NCBI GenBank assembly: GCA_040879145.1
Contig: JBBDKX010000038.1
Coordinates: forward strand, 1-60,245
Reading direction: 5' to 3'
Source: Candidatus Spechtbacterales bacterium
GTDB taxonomy: Bacteria; Patescibacteriota; Minisyncoccia; Spechtbacterales; 2-12-FULL-38-22
Length of the DNA stretch: 60,245 bases
Below, in pieces: positions 32,600 through 39,761 of this stretch; position 1 is the first letter of the stretch, and the number at the start of each line of letters is the position of its first letter. Below the pieces are notes generated by a model. The model was given only the letters and a program-made list of their open reading frames with translations. It did no database searches and was not told the DNA's origin. The translations under genes were made by a program, and so were the position numbers.

Positions 32600-32761
32600 A
32601 TGAACACACATATAAAAATAGGGTTAGGGCTTATTTTAGGTTTTATTTTACTAATCGCGCTTTTTTATTTAAACCTTAAACTTGCATCAAAAATAGAGAA
32701 TAAAAACAACCCGCAGAACGAAAGCGGGCTTTATGAAGAAACACAAGTACGTTTTTTCTAA
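32600..32761 (+). CDS. Possible 53-aa single-TM protein (below the ORF-track cutoff)
   Basis: Hand translation gives MNTHIKIGLGLILGFILLIALFYLNLKLASKIENKNNPQNESGLYEETQVRFF. The ATG is 1 nt after the upstream stop. The 3' end overlaps the convergent flippase gene by 4 nt. Confidence 0.3.
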   Translation: MNTHIKIGLGLILGFILLIALFYLNLKLASKIENKNNPQNESGLYEETQVRFF

Positions 32762-34179
32762 TCAATACTTATGCGGGAAAACAGTCCCGCTTTCCAGGAA
32801 AAGAGCGTATATATAGAAACAGCGCTTAGGGTAACAAAAATAAATTTAAACACAGAGAGGGGTGTTTGTAGGGGAGTTGTCAGATAAAATACGCCCAAGC
32901 CCATAACAGCCGTTACAGCGGCTATTTTTGTTAGAGCACCCAGTGGCACATTAAACCCAACCTCTTTTCTTACTATAAACACGAGATACGTGGTGACTAA
33001 GATTTCTGTAAACACAGTGGTCCAAGCTGTGCCTATATATGAGTACTGGGGAATAACAACAATGTTTGCCGCAAAATTAAACACAAAACCCGCAAAGTAT
33101 GCCCACATGGCCTTGCGTTGAAGCCCTAAAGCTATGACTGTGTTCCCAAAAAGAGTTCCAAAAAATATTACTCCCGTAGCTAAAAATAATATTTGAAGCG
33201 GAAGAGCAGAAGCCAAAAAATCAGCGCCACCAATAAAGTAAACCACCGTCGTTGCTGTAAGTGCTCCGCCAACAACAACAGGAAACGCCCCAACTGTTAT
33301 AAGTTTTAAAAGTTGCGACATTACAAGAGACAGTTTTTCTTTGTTGTTTTTGGCATATCTGCTTAATACAGGCAACATTAAGCCCATAAAGGCCGCGGGG
33401 AAAAATATCAATGTTTCCAAGACCTTATAAGCTGCGCTGTAAATACCGACATCTTCTTGTGTCTTCATTATTGAAAGAAGAATTGTATCCGCCTTAAAAT
33501 AAAGAAGCGTAAAAAGCAAAGAGGCAGCTATGGGTAAAGTCTCTTTGGTTATGCGCCTCCACTCTTTAAAAGATACCAACAACCGAAAACGCACCAATTT
33601 TCTGGTAAAAAACAGGTTGAGCGCAAAAATAACAAACGCGCCCACTATCAGAGCACTTAAATACGATACAAGTACACCCTCTTTTGTAAAAAAATACCAC
33701 ACAAACCCCAGCTGCGCGGTTCTTCCGAGAACCTCTGCTATCGCCGCCTTATATACTTGTGTGTGTTTTTGAAAAACTCCAAGAAATATCTGGCTCAAAG
33801 AAAGAAACAAAAAAGCTGAGGAGGTAATAACTACACCCATTTTAACCTCTAAAGAGTAGGGGAACGCAAAAACAAGGATGGACGCTAAAAACAAAAAAAG
33901 CGCTGCAGTAAACAGGCGCAATGTAAAATAGTGACCGACAAGCTCTTTTTCTTTGTCCGGTTTTTGAGATATTTCTTTTGTTAATAAAGAATAGAGACCT
34001 AAATCTGCAAGTATTTGAAATGTTGAAAGATACGCAACCACTGTTGAATACTCACCAAACCCTCCTTTGCCAAGCCCGCGGGTAATAAACCCGACAGACG
34101 CAAGGGCTAAAATGCCTCCAATAACGCGTCCCAACGATGACGCTATTGTGTTAAATGTTATTTTTCCAAGAACTCCCAT
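32758..34179 (-). CDS. MOP-superfamily oligosaccharide/lipid-linked flippase (Wzx/MurJ-like)
   Basis: 473 aa with about 12-14 TM helices. The N-terminus NTIASSLGRVIGGILALASVGFITRGLGKGGFGEYS is typical of polysaccharide-biosynthesis flippases. Confidence 0.65.
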   Translation of the reverse strand: MGVLGKITFNTIASSLGRVIGGILALASVGFITRGLGKGGFGEYSTVVAYLSTFQILADLGLYSLLTKEISQKPDKEKELVGHYFTLRLFTAALFLFLASILVFAFPYSLEVKMGVVITSSAFLFLSLSQIFLGVFQKHTQVYKAAIAEVLGRTAQLGFVWYFFTKEGVLVSYLSALIVGAFVIFALNLFFTRKLVRFRLLVSFKEWRRITKETLPIAASLLFTLLYFKADTILLSIMKTQEDVGIYSAAYKVLETLIFFPAAFMGLMLPVLSRYAKNNKEKLSLVMSQLLKLITVGAFPVVVGGALTATTVVYFIGGADFLASALPLQILFLATGVIFFGTLFGNTVIALGLQRKAMWAYFAGFVFNFAANIVVIPQYSYIGTAWTTVFTEILVTTYLVFIVRKEVGFNVPLGALTKIAAVTAVMGLGVFYLTTPLQTPLSVFKFIFVTLSAVSIYTLFSWKAGLFSRISID

Positions 34180-34187
34180 TCGTAGTT

Positions 34188-34640
34188 TTATACCGAACGC
34201 ACAACAACTTTTCTGTAAGGATGCTCCCCAACACTCTCTGTTTCAACATCGTCAAAATCAGCAAGTGTTGTGTGAATAATTCTCCTGTCAAACCCGTTCA
34301 TAGGCTCCATTTCTAAAAGGTTTTCACCATCCAAAACCCTTCTTCGTGCGGTTAGAGCAAACTCTTTTAAAAACTCTGCCCTTCTTTGTTTGTATCCATT
34401 TACATCTAAGTCTACTTGTACTTCAGGTCCGTATTTTTTATTCACCACCATTCTAAACAGAGATTGTACATCGCGCAGATTGGCGCCCCGTTCTCCTATA
34501 AACGCACGGGGTTCATCTACAAAAACATGCACCAGAAACCTTTCGTCTGTTCTTTTAACTTCCGGATCGTGCAACAAATTGAATGTCATTTTGTCCACGA
34601 ACTCTTTTATGTCTTTTTTCAATTGTGCCTCTGTACTCAT
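34188..34640 (-). CDS. jag: Jag/KhpB-type KH plus R3H RNA-binding protein
   Basis: It has the R3H motif region MNGFDRRIIHTTLADFDDVETESVG. The start is set at the ATG at 34638-34640 (MSTEAQLKKD); the 77-codon upstream extension in the track runs through repeat DNA. Confidence 0.8.
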   Translation of the reverse strand: MSTEAQLKKDIKEFVDKMTFNLLHDPEVKRTDERFLVHVFVDEPRAFIGERGANLRDVQSLFRMVVNKKYGPEVQVDLDVNGYKQRRAEFLKEFALTARRRVLDGENLLEMEPMNGFDRRIIHTTLADFDDVETESVGEHPYRKVVVRSV

Positions 34641-34902
34641 AGTTTTATTTCGGCTCCGCCTTATAAAAAGTATAAAGTATAGAGTATTCAGTATACAGGG
34701 GTGCTTTGTAATTAGCTTTGCTGAATACTCTATACTATATACTATATACTTGAACGAGCGTGCCTGCCTGCCGCGATAGCGCAGCCTGCCTGAGCGAGGA
34801 CGCTCGCAGACAGGCGGCGCAGGTAGGAAGCGCGAGTTCCAAGCGAGCCCCGTTAGAGACTGCGAGGGCACGTAGCGTGCCTACGACTCTAACGGGGCGA
34901 GT
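34641..34902. repeat. Composite spacer: AT-rich TACTMTA heptamer hairpin plus ~150-nt GC-rich GCGAG/GCCTGCC word block with nested hairpins
   Basis: A 16-bp perfect inverted repeat joins AGTATAGAGTATTCAG (34676-34691) and CTGAATACTCTATACT (34721-34736). CCCCGTTAGAG pairs with CTCTAACGGGG around GGCAC-GTAGC-GTGCC (about 34848-34898). CGCAGACAGGC (34805-34815) recurs at 59962-59972. Confidence 0.7.
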
Positions 34903-35655
34903 TTATCCTACACTCTTGTTAATAACATACTGCTGTCCGATTGAAAAGAGGGTCGTAACAAACCAATACAGCGCCAATCCTGCCGGAAAACTTTGTGCTA
35001 TAAATATAGTAACGAACGGTAAAACATAAGTCATTTGTTTACCCATCATGTTTTGAAAGTCAGGCGCACCGCTTTTTTTGCTCTTAGTTCTAACAGGAAG
35101 TCCTGTTTTATCTTTTTGAGCAAGCGTAAGTTTGCTTAACACAAACTGCGCAAAACCTGCTAAAATTCCGAATACCAAGGAAAGGGGGCCTATCTCTGTA
35201 ATAACACCTATGTTAAAAAAACTCGCATTTATGTTATCTGAAACAGTTACAAAAGGGTAAATTAAGCCCTGCAGTGCATCTCCTCCTCTAAGCTCTACCA
35301 GAAATACTCTATACATACCTATTATAACTGGTATTTGAATAATAAACGGCAAACATCCGGCAAAGGGGTTTATACCCTTCTCTTTATACAAAGCCATTAC
35401 AGCCATAGACTGTTTTTGTTTATCGTCTTTATTTTCTTTTTGTATTTTTTTTATTTCAGGCTGAAGTTTTGTAAGCTCTCTTTGAGATTTTAAAGCTTTA
35501 TACGATAACGGGTACAAGAAAAGACGAATAATAATTGTTACTAATATTATTCCTATCCACAGATCGTTACCCGGAATAAAATCAACAATAACCAACAAAA
35601 AATTTAATATTGGTTTAAATATTGTTTCGTTAAAAATTGTAATAATAAAGTTCAT
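34903..35655 (-). CDS. yidC: Membrane protein insertase YidC (short form)
   Basis: It has LYPLSYKALKSQRELTKLQPEIKKIQ and MALYKEKGINPFAGCLPFIIQIPVIIGMY. The ATG at 35655 is preferred; the track start at 35676 is a GTG. Confidence 0.9.
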   Translation of the reverse strand: MNFIITIFNETIFKPILNFLLVIVDFIPGNDLWIGIILVTIIIRLFLYPLSYKALKSQRELTKLQPEIKKIQKENKDDKQKQSMAVMALYKEKGINPFAGCLPFIIQIPVIIGMYRVFLVELRGGDALQGLIYPFVTVSDNINASFFNIGVITEIGPLSLVFGILAGFAQFVLSKLTLAQKDKTGLPVRTKSKKSGAPDFQNMMGKQMTYVLPFVTIFIAQSFPAGLALYWFVTTLFSIGQQYVINKSVG

Positions 35656-35755
35656 AGTTTTGTTCACTTCGTTCACAAAAAGGTTCTAGGTACTAGGAGT
35701 TAGGTGTTAGTCTAATACCTAAAAGCTAAAACCTAATACCTGCGAGTGAAGCGAG
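35656..35755. repeat. Heptamer-word hairpin spacer (AGGNNNT x4 facing TAAWANC x4) ending in GCGAGTGAAGCGAG against the yidD stop
   Basis: AGGTTCT AGGTACT AGGAGTT AGGTGTT lie at 35681-35708. TAATACC TAAAAGC TAAAACC TAATACC lie at 35713-35740. The arms are complementary at about 21 of 29 positions by hand. Confidence 0.75.
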
Positions 35756-36028
35756 CTAATAGCATTTTTTAATTTGCCTAAAACCAACAACCAAGCCTTT
35801 TGCGGCGCCCAGTCTTTTTACAGCGTTCTTTGTATACTCAGAACAGGTGGGCCTGTGCTTACAGACGCCCGTGTTATACATGCTAAAAATTCCGTGGTCC
35901 GGAGAGAGTGTCCACTGATATACTGTAATCAACACAACAACCAAAAAACCGGGTATTTTGCCCAGTTTGCTTAAAAAAATAGGTTGGTCTTTAGTTGTTA
36001 ATAATGCCTGTTTTGCGAAATAGTTCAT
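35756..36028 (-). CDS. yidD: Membrane protein insertion efficiency factor YidD
   Basis: CKHRPTCSEYTKNAVKRLGAAKGLVVGFRQIKKC is the YidD signature. The ATG at 36028 is preferred (the track start is a TTG). It overlaps the rnpA 3' end. Confidence 0.8.
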   Translation of the reverse strand: MNYFAKQALLTTKDQPIFLSKLGKIPGFLVVVLITVYQWTLSPDHGIFSMYNTGVCKHRPTCSEYTKNAVKRLGAAKGLVVGFRQIKKCY

Positions 36029-36332
36029 ACATTTCTTTTTGTAACTTATCAAATTTTTGTCCTCGCATGTTCTCGTTTGCGATAATTACTACATCATATC
36101 CCGGTGTTGTACTTTCTAAAACACTTTTTATAAGGTGCCTTAAAACTCTTTTATAGTAATTTCTTTTAACGGCCTTTTTTGTTAGTTTTTTCGTAATCCC
36201 AACACCCACTCTTGTGTTCTTTGTGCTGTTTTTTACAACTTTAACAAAAAATGATGTGCTTTTAAAACTCTTTCCTTTACGAAATGTGTCTTCAAAAGAC
36301 TTAGAGTCCAGCCTGTGTTTTTGAGGAATCAT
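35991..36332 (-). CDS. rnpA: Ribonuclease P protein component
   Basis: 113 aa and basic, with the N-terminal pattern HRLDSKSFEDTFRKGKSF. It sits between rpmH and yidD. Confidence 0.8.
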   Translation of the reverse strand: MIPQKHRLDSKSFEDTFRKGKSFKSTSFFVKVVKNSTKNTRVGVGITKKLTKKAVKRNYYKRVLRHLIKSVLESTTPGYDVVIIANENMRGQKFDKLQKEMYELFRKTGIINN

Positions 36333-36358
36333 AAATTAACCAGTTTTTTGGTTTTTTA

Positions 36359-36505
36359 TTAAACAGTGAGTTTTTTACGCCCCTTAGCCCTTCTTCTCTT
36401 AATAGTTTGTTGTCCTGTTTTTGAAGACATTCTCTTCAAAAAACCGTACTTTCTTTTCCTTTTTTTCTTTTTGGGGTTGTAGGTTTGTGCTTTTGCTTTT
36501 CCCAT
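36359..36505 (-). CDS. rpmH: 50S ribosomal protein L34 (below the ORF-track cutoff)
   Basis: Hand translation gives [48 protein letters not shown], which matches the L34 pattern (HGF..RM.T..G..V...RR.KGRK.L). Confidence 0.85.
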   Translation of the reverse strand: MGKAKAQTYNPKKKKRKRKYGFLKRMSSKTGQQTIKRRRAKGRKKLTV

Positions 36506-36620
36506 AAATTAAAATTATTATTTAAAATGATTTATAAACCCGTTCCAACTTATACCTATGATACTTTACCAGTATTTTTGTTACATTTCAAGCTTTATTC
36601 TTCTTTTTTATACGTTATTC

Positions 36621-36662
36621 TTATCCACACCTATTCCACAGCTTCCACACAATTTTCCCCAC
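36621..36662 (+). promoter_or_regulatory. DnaA-box cluster upstream of dnaA (oriC / dnaA promoter region)
   Basis: TTATCCACA (36621-36629) is a perfect box. TATTCCACA (36632-36640), GCTTCCACA (36641-36649) and TTCCCCACA (36654-36662) follow in the same orientation. Confidence 0.7.
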
Positions 36663-36784
36663 AAATCAAGACTTTACTTTATCAACCTTGTTTAGGTATC
36701 ATTAGTATAACTTAAAAAATATTATAACAACTTTCATCTCCTGTGGAATTTTATAGCTTATTTCACACGGGGCTTGGGAACCTT

Positions 36785-38143
36785 ATGGATGAACAAGAAC
36801 TCTGGCAATCTGTGCTAAACGAAATAGAACTACAAACATCAAAGGCCAACTTTATTACGTGGTTTAAGAATACTTATATTGCAAACAAAAAAAATGGCGT
36901 TGTTACTGTGGCTGCGCCTAACGGGTTTAGCAAGGAGTGGTTGGAAAATAAATACGGAAAACAAATACTTAAATTTTTGCGCGCGCAAGAAAACGAAATA
37001 AAAGAGATAAGGTATATTATAGAAAACAAAAAACCTCAAAACATCCTCACGGATACAAAAAGGAAAGATGGTATTCCTGACATAGAAGAGTCTCAGTTAC
37101 AATTTGAAGAATTTAAAATAGATAAAAACACAAACCTTAACCCCAAATACACCTTTGAATCTTTTGTTGTAGGTCCATCTAATGAATTAGCGCATGCCGC
37201 CGCTTTTTCTATTTTCAAAAAACCCGGGCTAACCTACAATCCGCTTTTTGTTTATGGCGGTGTTGGTTTGGGCAAAACACATCTTTTACAGGCATTGGGT
37301 AATAAGTTTTCCTCTAAGGGTATATCTGTTGTGTACTTAACATCGGAGAGATTTACGAGTGAGTTTATATCTTCCATACAAAACCAAGACATAGATGGTT
37401 TTAAAAATAAGTATAGAAAGAAGGATGTACTTATTATAGATGACATACAGTTCCTAGCAGGCAAAGAACAGACTCAGGAAGAATTTTTCCACACATTCAA
37501 CGCGCTCCATGAACAAAACAAGCAGATAATACTTAGCTCTGATAGGCCTCCAAAAGCAATACCCACACTGGAGGAGCGTTTAAGAAGCCGTTTTGAAGGG
37601 GGCATGCTTGTTGATATAGGTTATCCCGATTATGAAACAAGGGTAGCTATACTAAAAACAAAAATAAAAGATAGAAACATATCTTTAACAGATGAGGTTA
37701 TTCACTATATAGCAAGTAATATACAAAGAAACATACGGGAGCTGGAAGGAGCTTTAAACTTAGTTGTTGCTTCTTCGCGTTTATACAACAACGAAGTGGA
37801 TTTAGAACGCGCCAAAAAAATACTGTCTCACATCACTCATAAACCAAGTAAACCCATAAGCTATAAAAAAATATTAAAAGCAGTTTGTAATTTTTATGAA
37901 GTAGAAGAAGAAGAGCTTTTAGGAAAAAACAGAAAAAGAGACATAGTGTTACCAAGACAGGTGGCGATGTATTTAATGCGTACAGAACTTAAAACTTCTT
38001 ACCCAACAATAGGGGACAGGTTTGGAGGTAAGGACCATACAACAGTCATACATGCATGTGATAAAATAGAGTACCAACTAAAAGATAATACTACTTTTGA
38101 GGAGGAATTTAATTTTCTAAAACAACAGCTATACGTTGAGTAA
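36785..38143 (+). CDS. dnaA: Chromosomal replication initiator DnaA
   Basis: It has Walker A GGVGLGKTHL, DVLIIDDIQFLAGKEQTQEEFFHTFN, and the C-terminal DNA-binding region VLPRQVAMYLMRTELKTSYPTIGDRFGGKDHTTVIHA. The ATG at 36785 is preferred; the track start is a GTG. Confidence 0.95.
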   Translation: MDEQELWQSVLNEIELQTSKANFITWFKNTYIANKKNGVVTVAAPNGFSKEWLENKYGKQILKFLRAQENEIKEIRYIIENKKPQNILTDTKRKDGIPDIEESQLQFEEFKIDKNTNLNPKYTFESFVVGPSNELAHAAAFSIFKKPGLTYNPLFVYGGVGLGKTHLLQALGNKFSSKGISVVYLTSERFTSEFISSIQNQDIDGFKNKYRKKDVLIIDDIQFLAGKEQTQEEFFHTFNALHEQNKQIILSSDRPPKAIPTLEERLRSRFEGGMLVDIGYPDYETRVAILKTKIKDRNISLTDEVIHYIASNIQRNIRELEGALNLVVASSRLYNNEVDLERAKKILSHITHKPSKPISYKKILKAVCNFYEVEEEELLGKNRKRDIVLPRQVAMYLMRTELKTSYPTIGDRFGGKDHTTVIHACDKIEYQLKDNTTFEEEFNFLKQQLYVE

Positions 38144-38183
38144 ACCAAAAAGAATAAGTTGTTGAATACTATGTATACAGTAG

Positions 38184-38335
38184 TGTGGAAAACTGTGGAT
38201 AAAAAGTATTTTTAAAACATCTATTTTTAAAAATACTTTTTATCCCCCACAAATCCACAAGACAACGTTCCTGTTTCCCACCCTTTTTACTCTCCTAATT
38301 TGTTTAGTTTAAAGAGTAAAACAACTGTTTCCACA
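38184..38335. promoter_or_regulatory. Second DnaA-box cluster with AT-rich palindrome between dnaA and dnaN (candidate oriC core)
   Basis: The boxes are TGTGGAAAA (38184-38192), TGTGGATAA (38194-38202, perfect), TTATCCCCC (38240-38248), AAATCCACA (38251-38259) and GTTTCCACA (38327-38335). A 16-bp perfect AT-only inverted repeat joins 38202-38217 and 38225-38240. Confidence 0.65.
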
Positions 38336-38363
38336 AAAAACTAAACTTCTAAATACAATAAAT

Positions 38364-39476
38364 ATGGAGTTATTAATTAAAAAAGATTTATTTTTAAAAG
38401 GAATTAATCTTACAGAAAAAAATATTGGGAGAAACTTATCTCTACCGGTATTAAATAATGTTTTAATAAAAACAGAAAAAAATAGTTTAAAAATTATTTC
38501 TACTGATCTTGAAATGGCAGTCTCTGTTAATATGCCGGCAAAAATAGAAAAAGAAGGTTCTATTACTGTTCAACCGAGAGTTTTAAGCGGATTTTTAAAC
38601 AACCTATCTGATGAAAATTTACATATTAAAACAGAAAAAAACACTCTTTTTATAGAGCAAGGAGATTATAAAATAAAACTAAATGGAGAAGACGATAAAG
38701 AGTTTCCTATATTACCCAAAGTAAATAAAATAAATACTATAGAAATAAATACGCAAGACTTCATAAAATCTCTTGGTCAGGTAATAAACTCAGTAGCTTC
38801 CTCCGAACTTAAACCGGAACTCACAGGTGTATTTTTTAGTATTACAAAAAATGGAATTAAACTTGCTGCAACAGACTCCTTCCGATTGGCTGAAAAAACA
38901 ATTAATCATGAAACAAGTATGCAGGGAGATTTTAAATTTATCTTACCCGCTAAAACAGTACAGGAAATTATTAGAAGTTTTCAAGACAATGAAGGACAGC
39001 TTTTACTTTTTGTGGATAAAAACCAAGTAGTTATTCAAAACAAGAGTGATCAAAAAATAAATATTCAACTGATATCCAAACTTATTGAGGGAGATTACCC
39101 GGAATATACACAAATAATACCCAAGGAGTTTAAAACCAGAAGCATAGTAGCTAAAAAAGATTTTATACAACAAGTAAAAGCGGCGAATATTTTCACAAGT
39201 AGGATAAACGATGTAAAACTAAATATTTCCGGAAAAAAAATAGAAATAGAGTCTGAGAACAATGATATAGGAAAATTTCATTCTTCTGTGAATGCGGCAA
39301 TAGAAGGAGAAAACAAAGAGGTTTCTTTTAATTGCCAGTATCTTCTGGATGGTTTAAATAATATAGAGGGAGATGAAATATTATTTAAAGTAAACAATAA
39401 TGAAGGACCGACTCTTTTAGAATCTTCTAAACACAAAGATTACTTTTACGTGTTAATGCCTATAAGAGGAAACTAA
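38364..39476 (+). CDS. dnaN: DNA polymerase III beta sliding clamp
   Basis: 370 aa with three-domain length. It has the pattern LPVLNNVLIKTEKNSLKIISTDLEMA and a C-terminal YVLMPIR, and sits after dnaA. Confidence 0.9.
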   Translation: MELLIKKDLFLKGINLTEKNIGRNLSLPVLNNVLIKTEKNSLKIISTDLEMAVSVNMPAKIEKEGSITVQPRVLSGFLNNLSDENLHIKTEKNTLFIEQGDYKIKLNGEDDKEFPILPKVNKINTIEINTQDFIKSLGQVINSVASSELKPELTGVFFSITKNGIKLAATDSFRLAEKTINHETSMQGDFKFILPAKTVQEIIRSFQDNEGQLLLFVDKNQVVIQNKSDQKINIQLISKLIEGDYPEYTQIIPKEFKTRSIVAKKDFIQQVKAANIFTSRINDVKLNISGKKIEIESENNDIGKFHSSVNAAIEGENKEVSFNCQYLLDGLNNIEGDEILFKVNNNEGPTLLESSKHKDYFYVLMPIRGN

Positions 39477-39477
39477 A

Positions 39478-39759
39478 ATGTGGATAGACCTTTCTTATTT
39501 AATAAAAAAAAGAGAAAGTCATTATGAGGACAATAAAAATGATGCCCAGTTGCCTGTAGTTTGGAGCGAGACAATAAAAAACGTTCATCCGGAACTCGCT
39601 TCTTTTACTCAGTATAAAGAAATAAAAAAAGACACACTTTATATTCAAGTAAAAGACAGTTTTTTATTAAGTGAATTAGAGGCGCGCAAAGAGGATATAA
39701 GGTATGAAATAAATAAAAAAATAGAAAAACCTATTAGTCTTATAAGATTTACAATATAA
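39478..39759 (+). CDS. DUF721 (DciA-like) protein
   Basis: 93 aa directly after dnaN. The pattern VWSETIKNVHPELASFTQYKEIKKDTLYIQVKDSFLLSELE resembles DUF721. Confidence 0.45.
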   Translation: MWIDLSYLIKKRESHYEDNKNDAQLPVVWSETIKNVHPELASFTQYKEIKKDTLYIQVKDSFLLSELEARKEDIRYEINKKIEKPISLIRFTI

Positions 39760-39761
39760 AA

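Noticed and set aside
20086-32761. Calling the T4SS-like block an integrative conjugative element or prophage
   Set aside because: No integrase, relaxase, coupling protein, phage structural genes or flanking direct repeats are seen. It is therefore described as a chromosomal locus and not as a mobile element.
34641-34871. 77-codon N-terminal extension of the jag ORF
   Set aside because: The extension is translated from the GC-rich word repeats and the AT heptamer hairpin (RPRSGRLRYRGRQARS...). The conserved Jag sequence begins at the ATG at 34640.
36485-36715. 76-aa plus-strand ORF
   Set aside because: It lies across the rpmH start region and the DnaA-box cluster. Its composition is low-complexity Leu/Phe/Tyr-rich, typical of AT-rich non-coding DNA.
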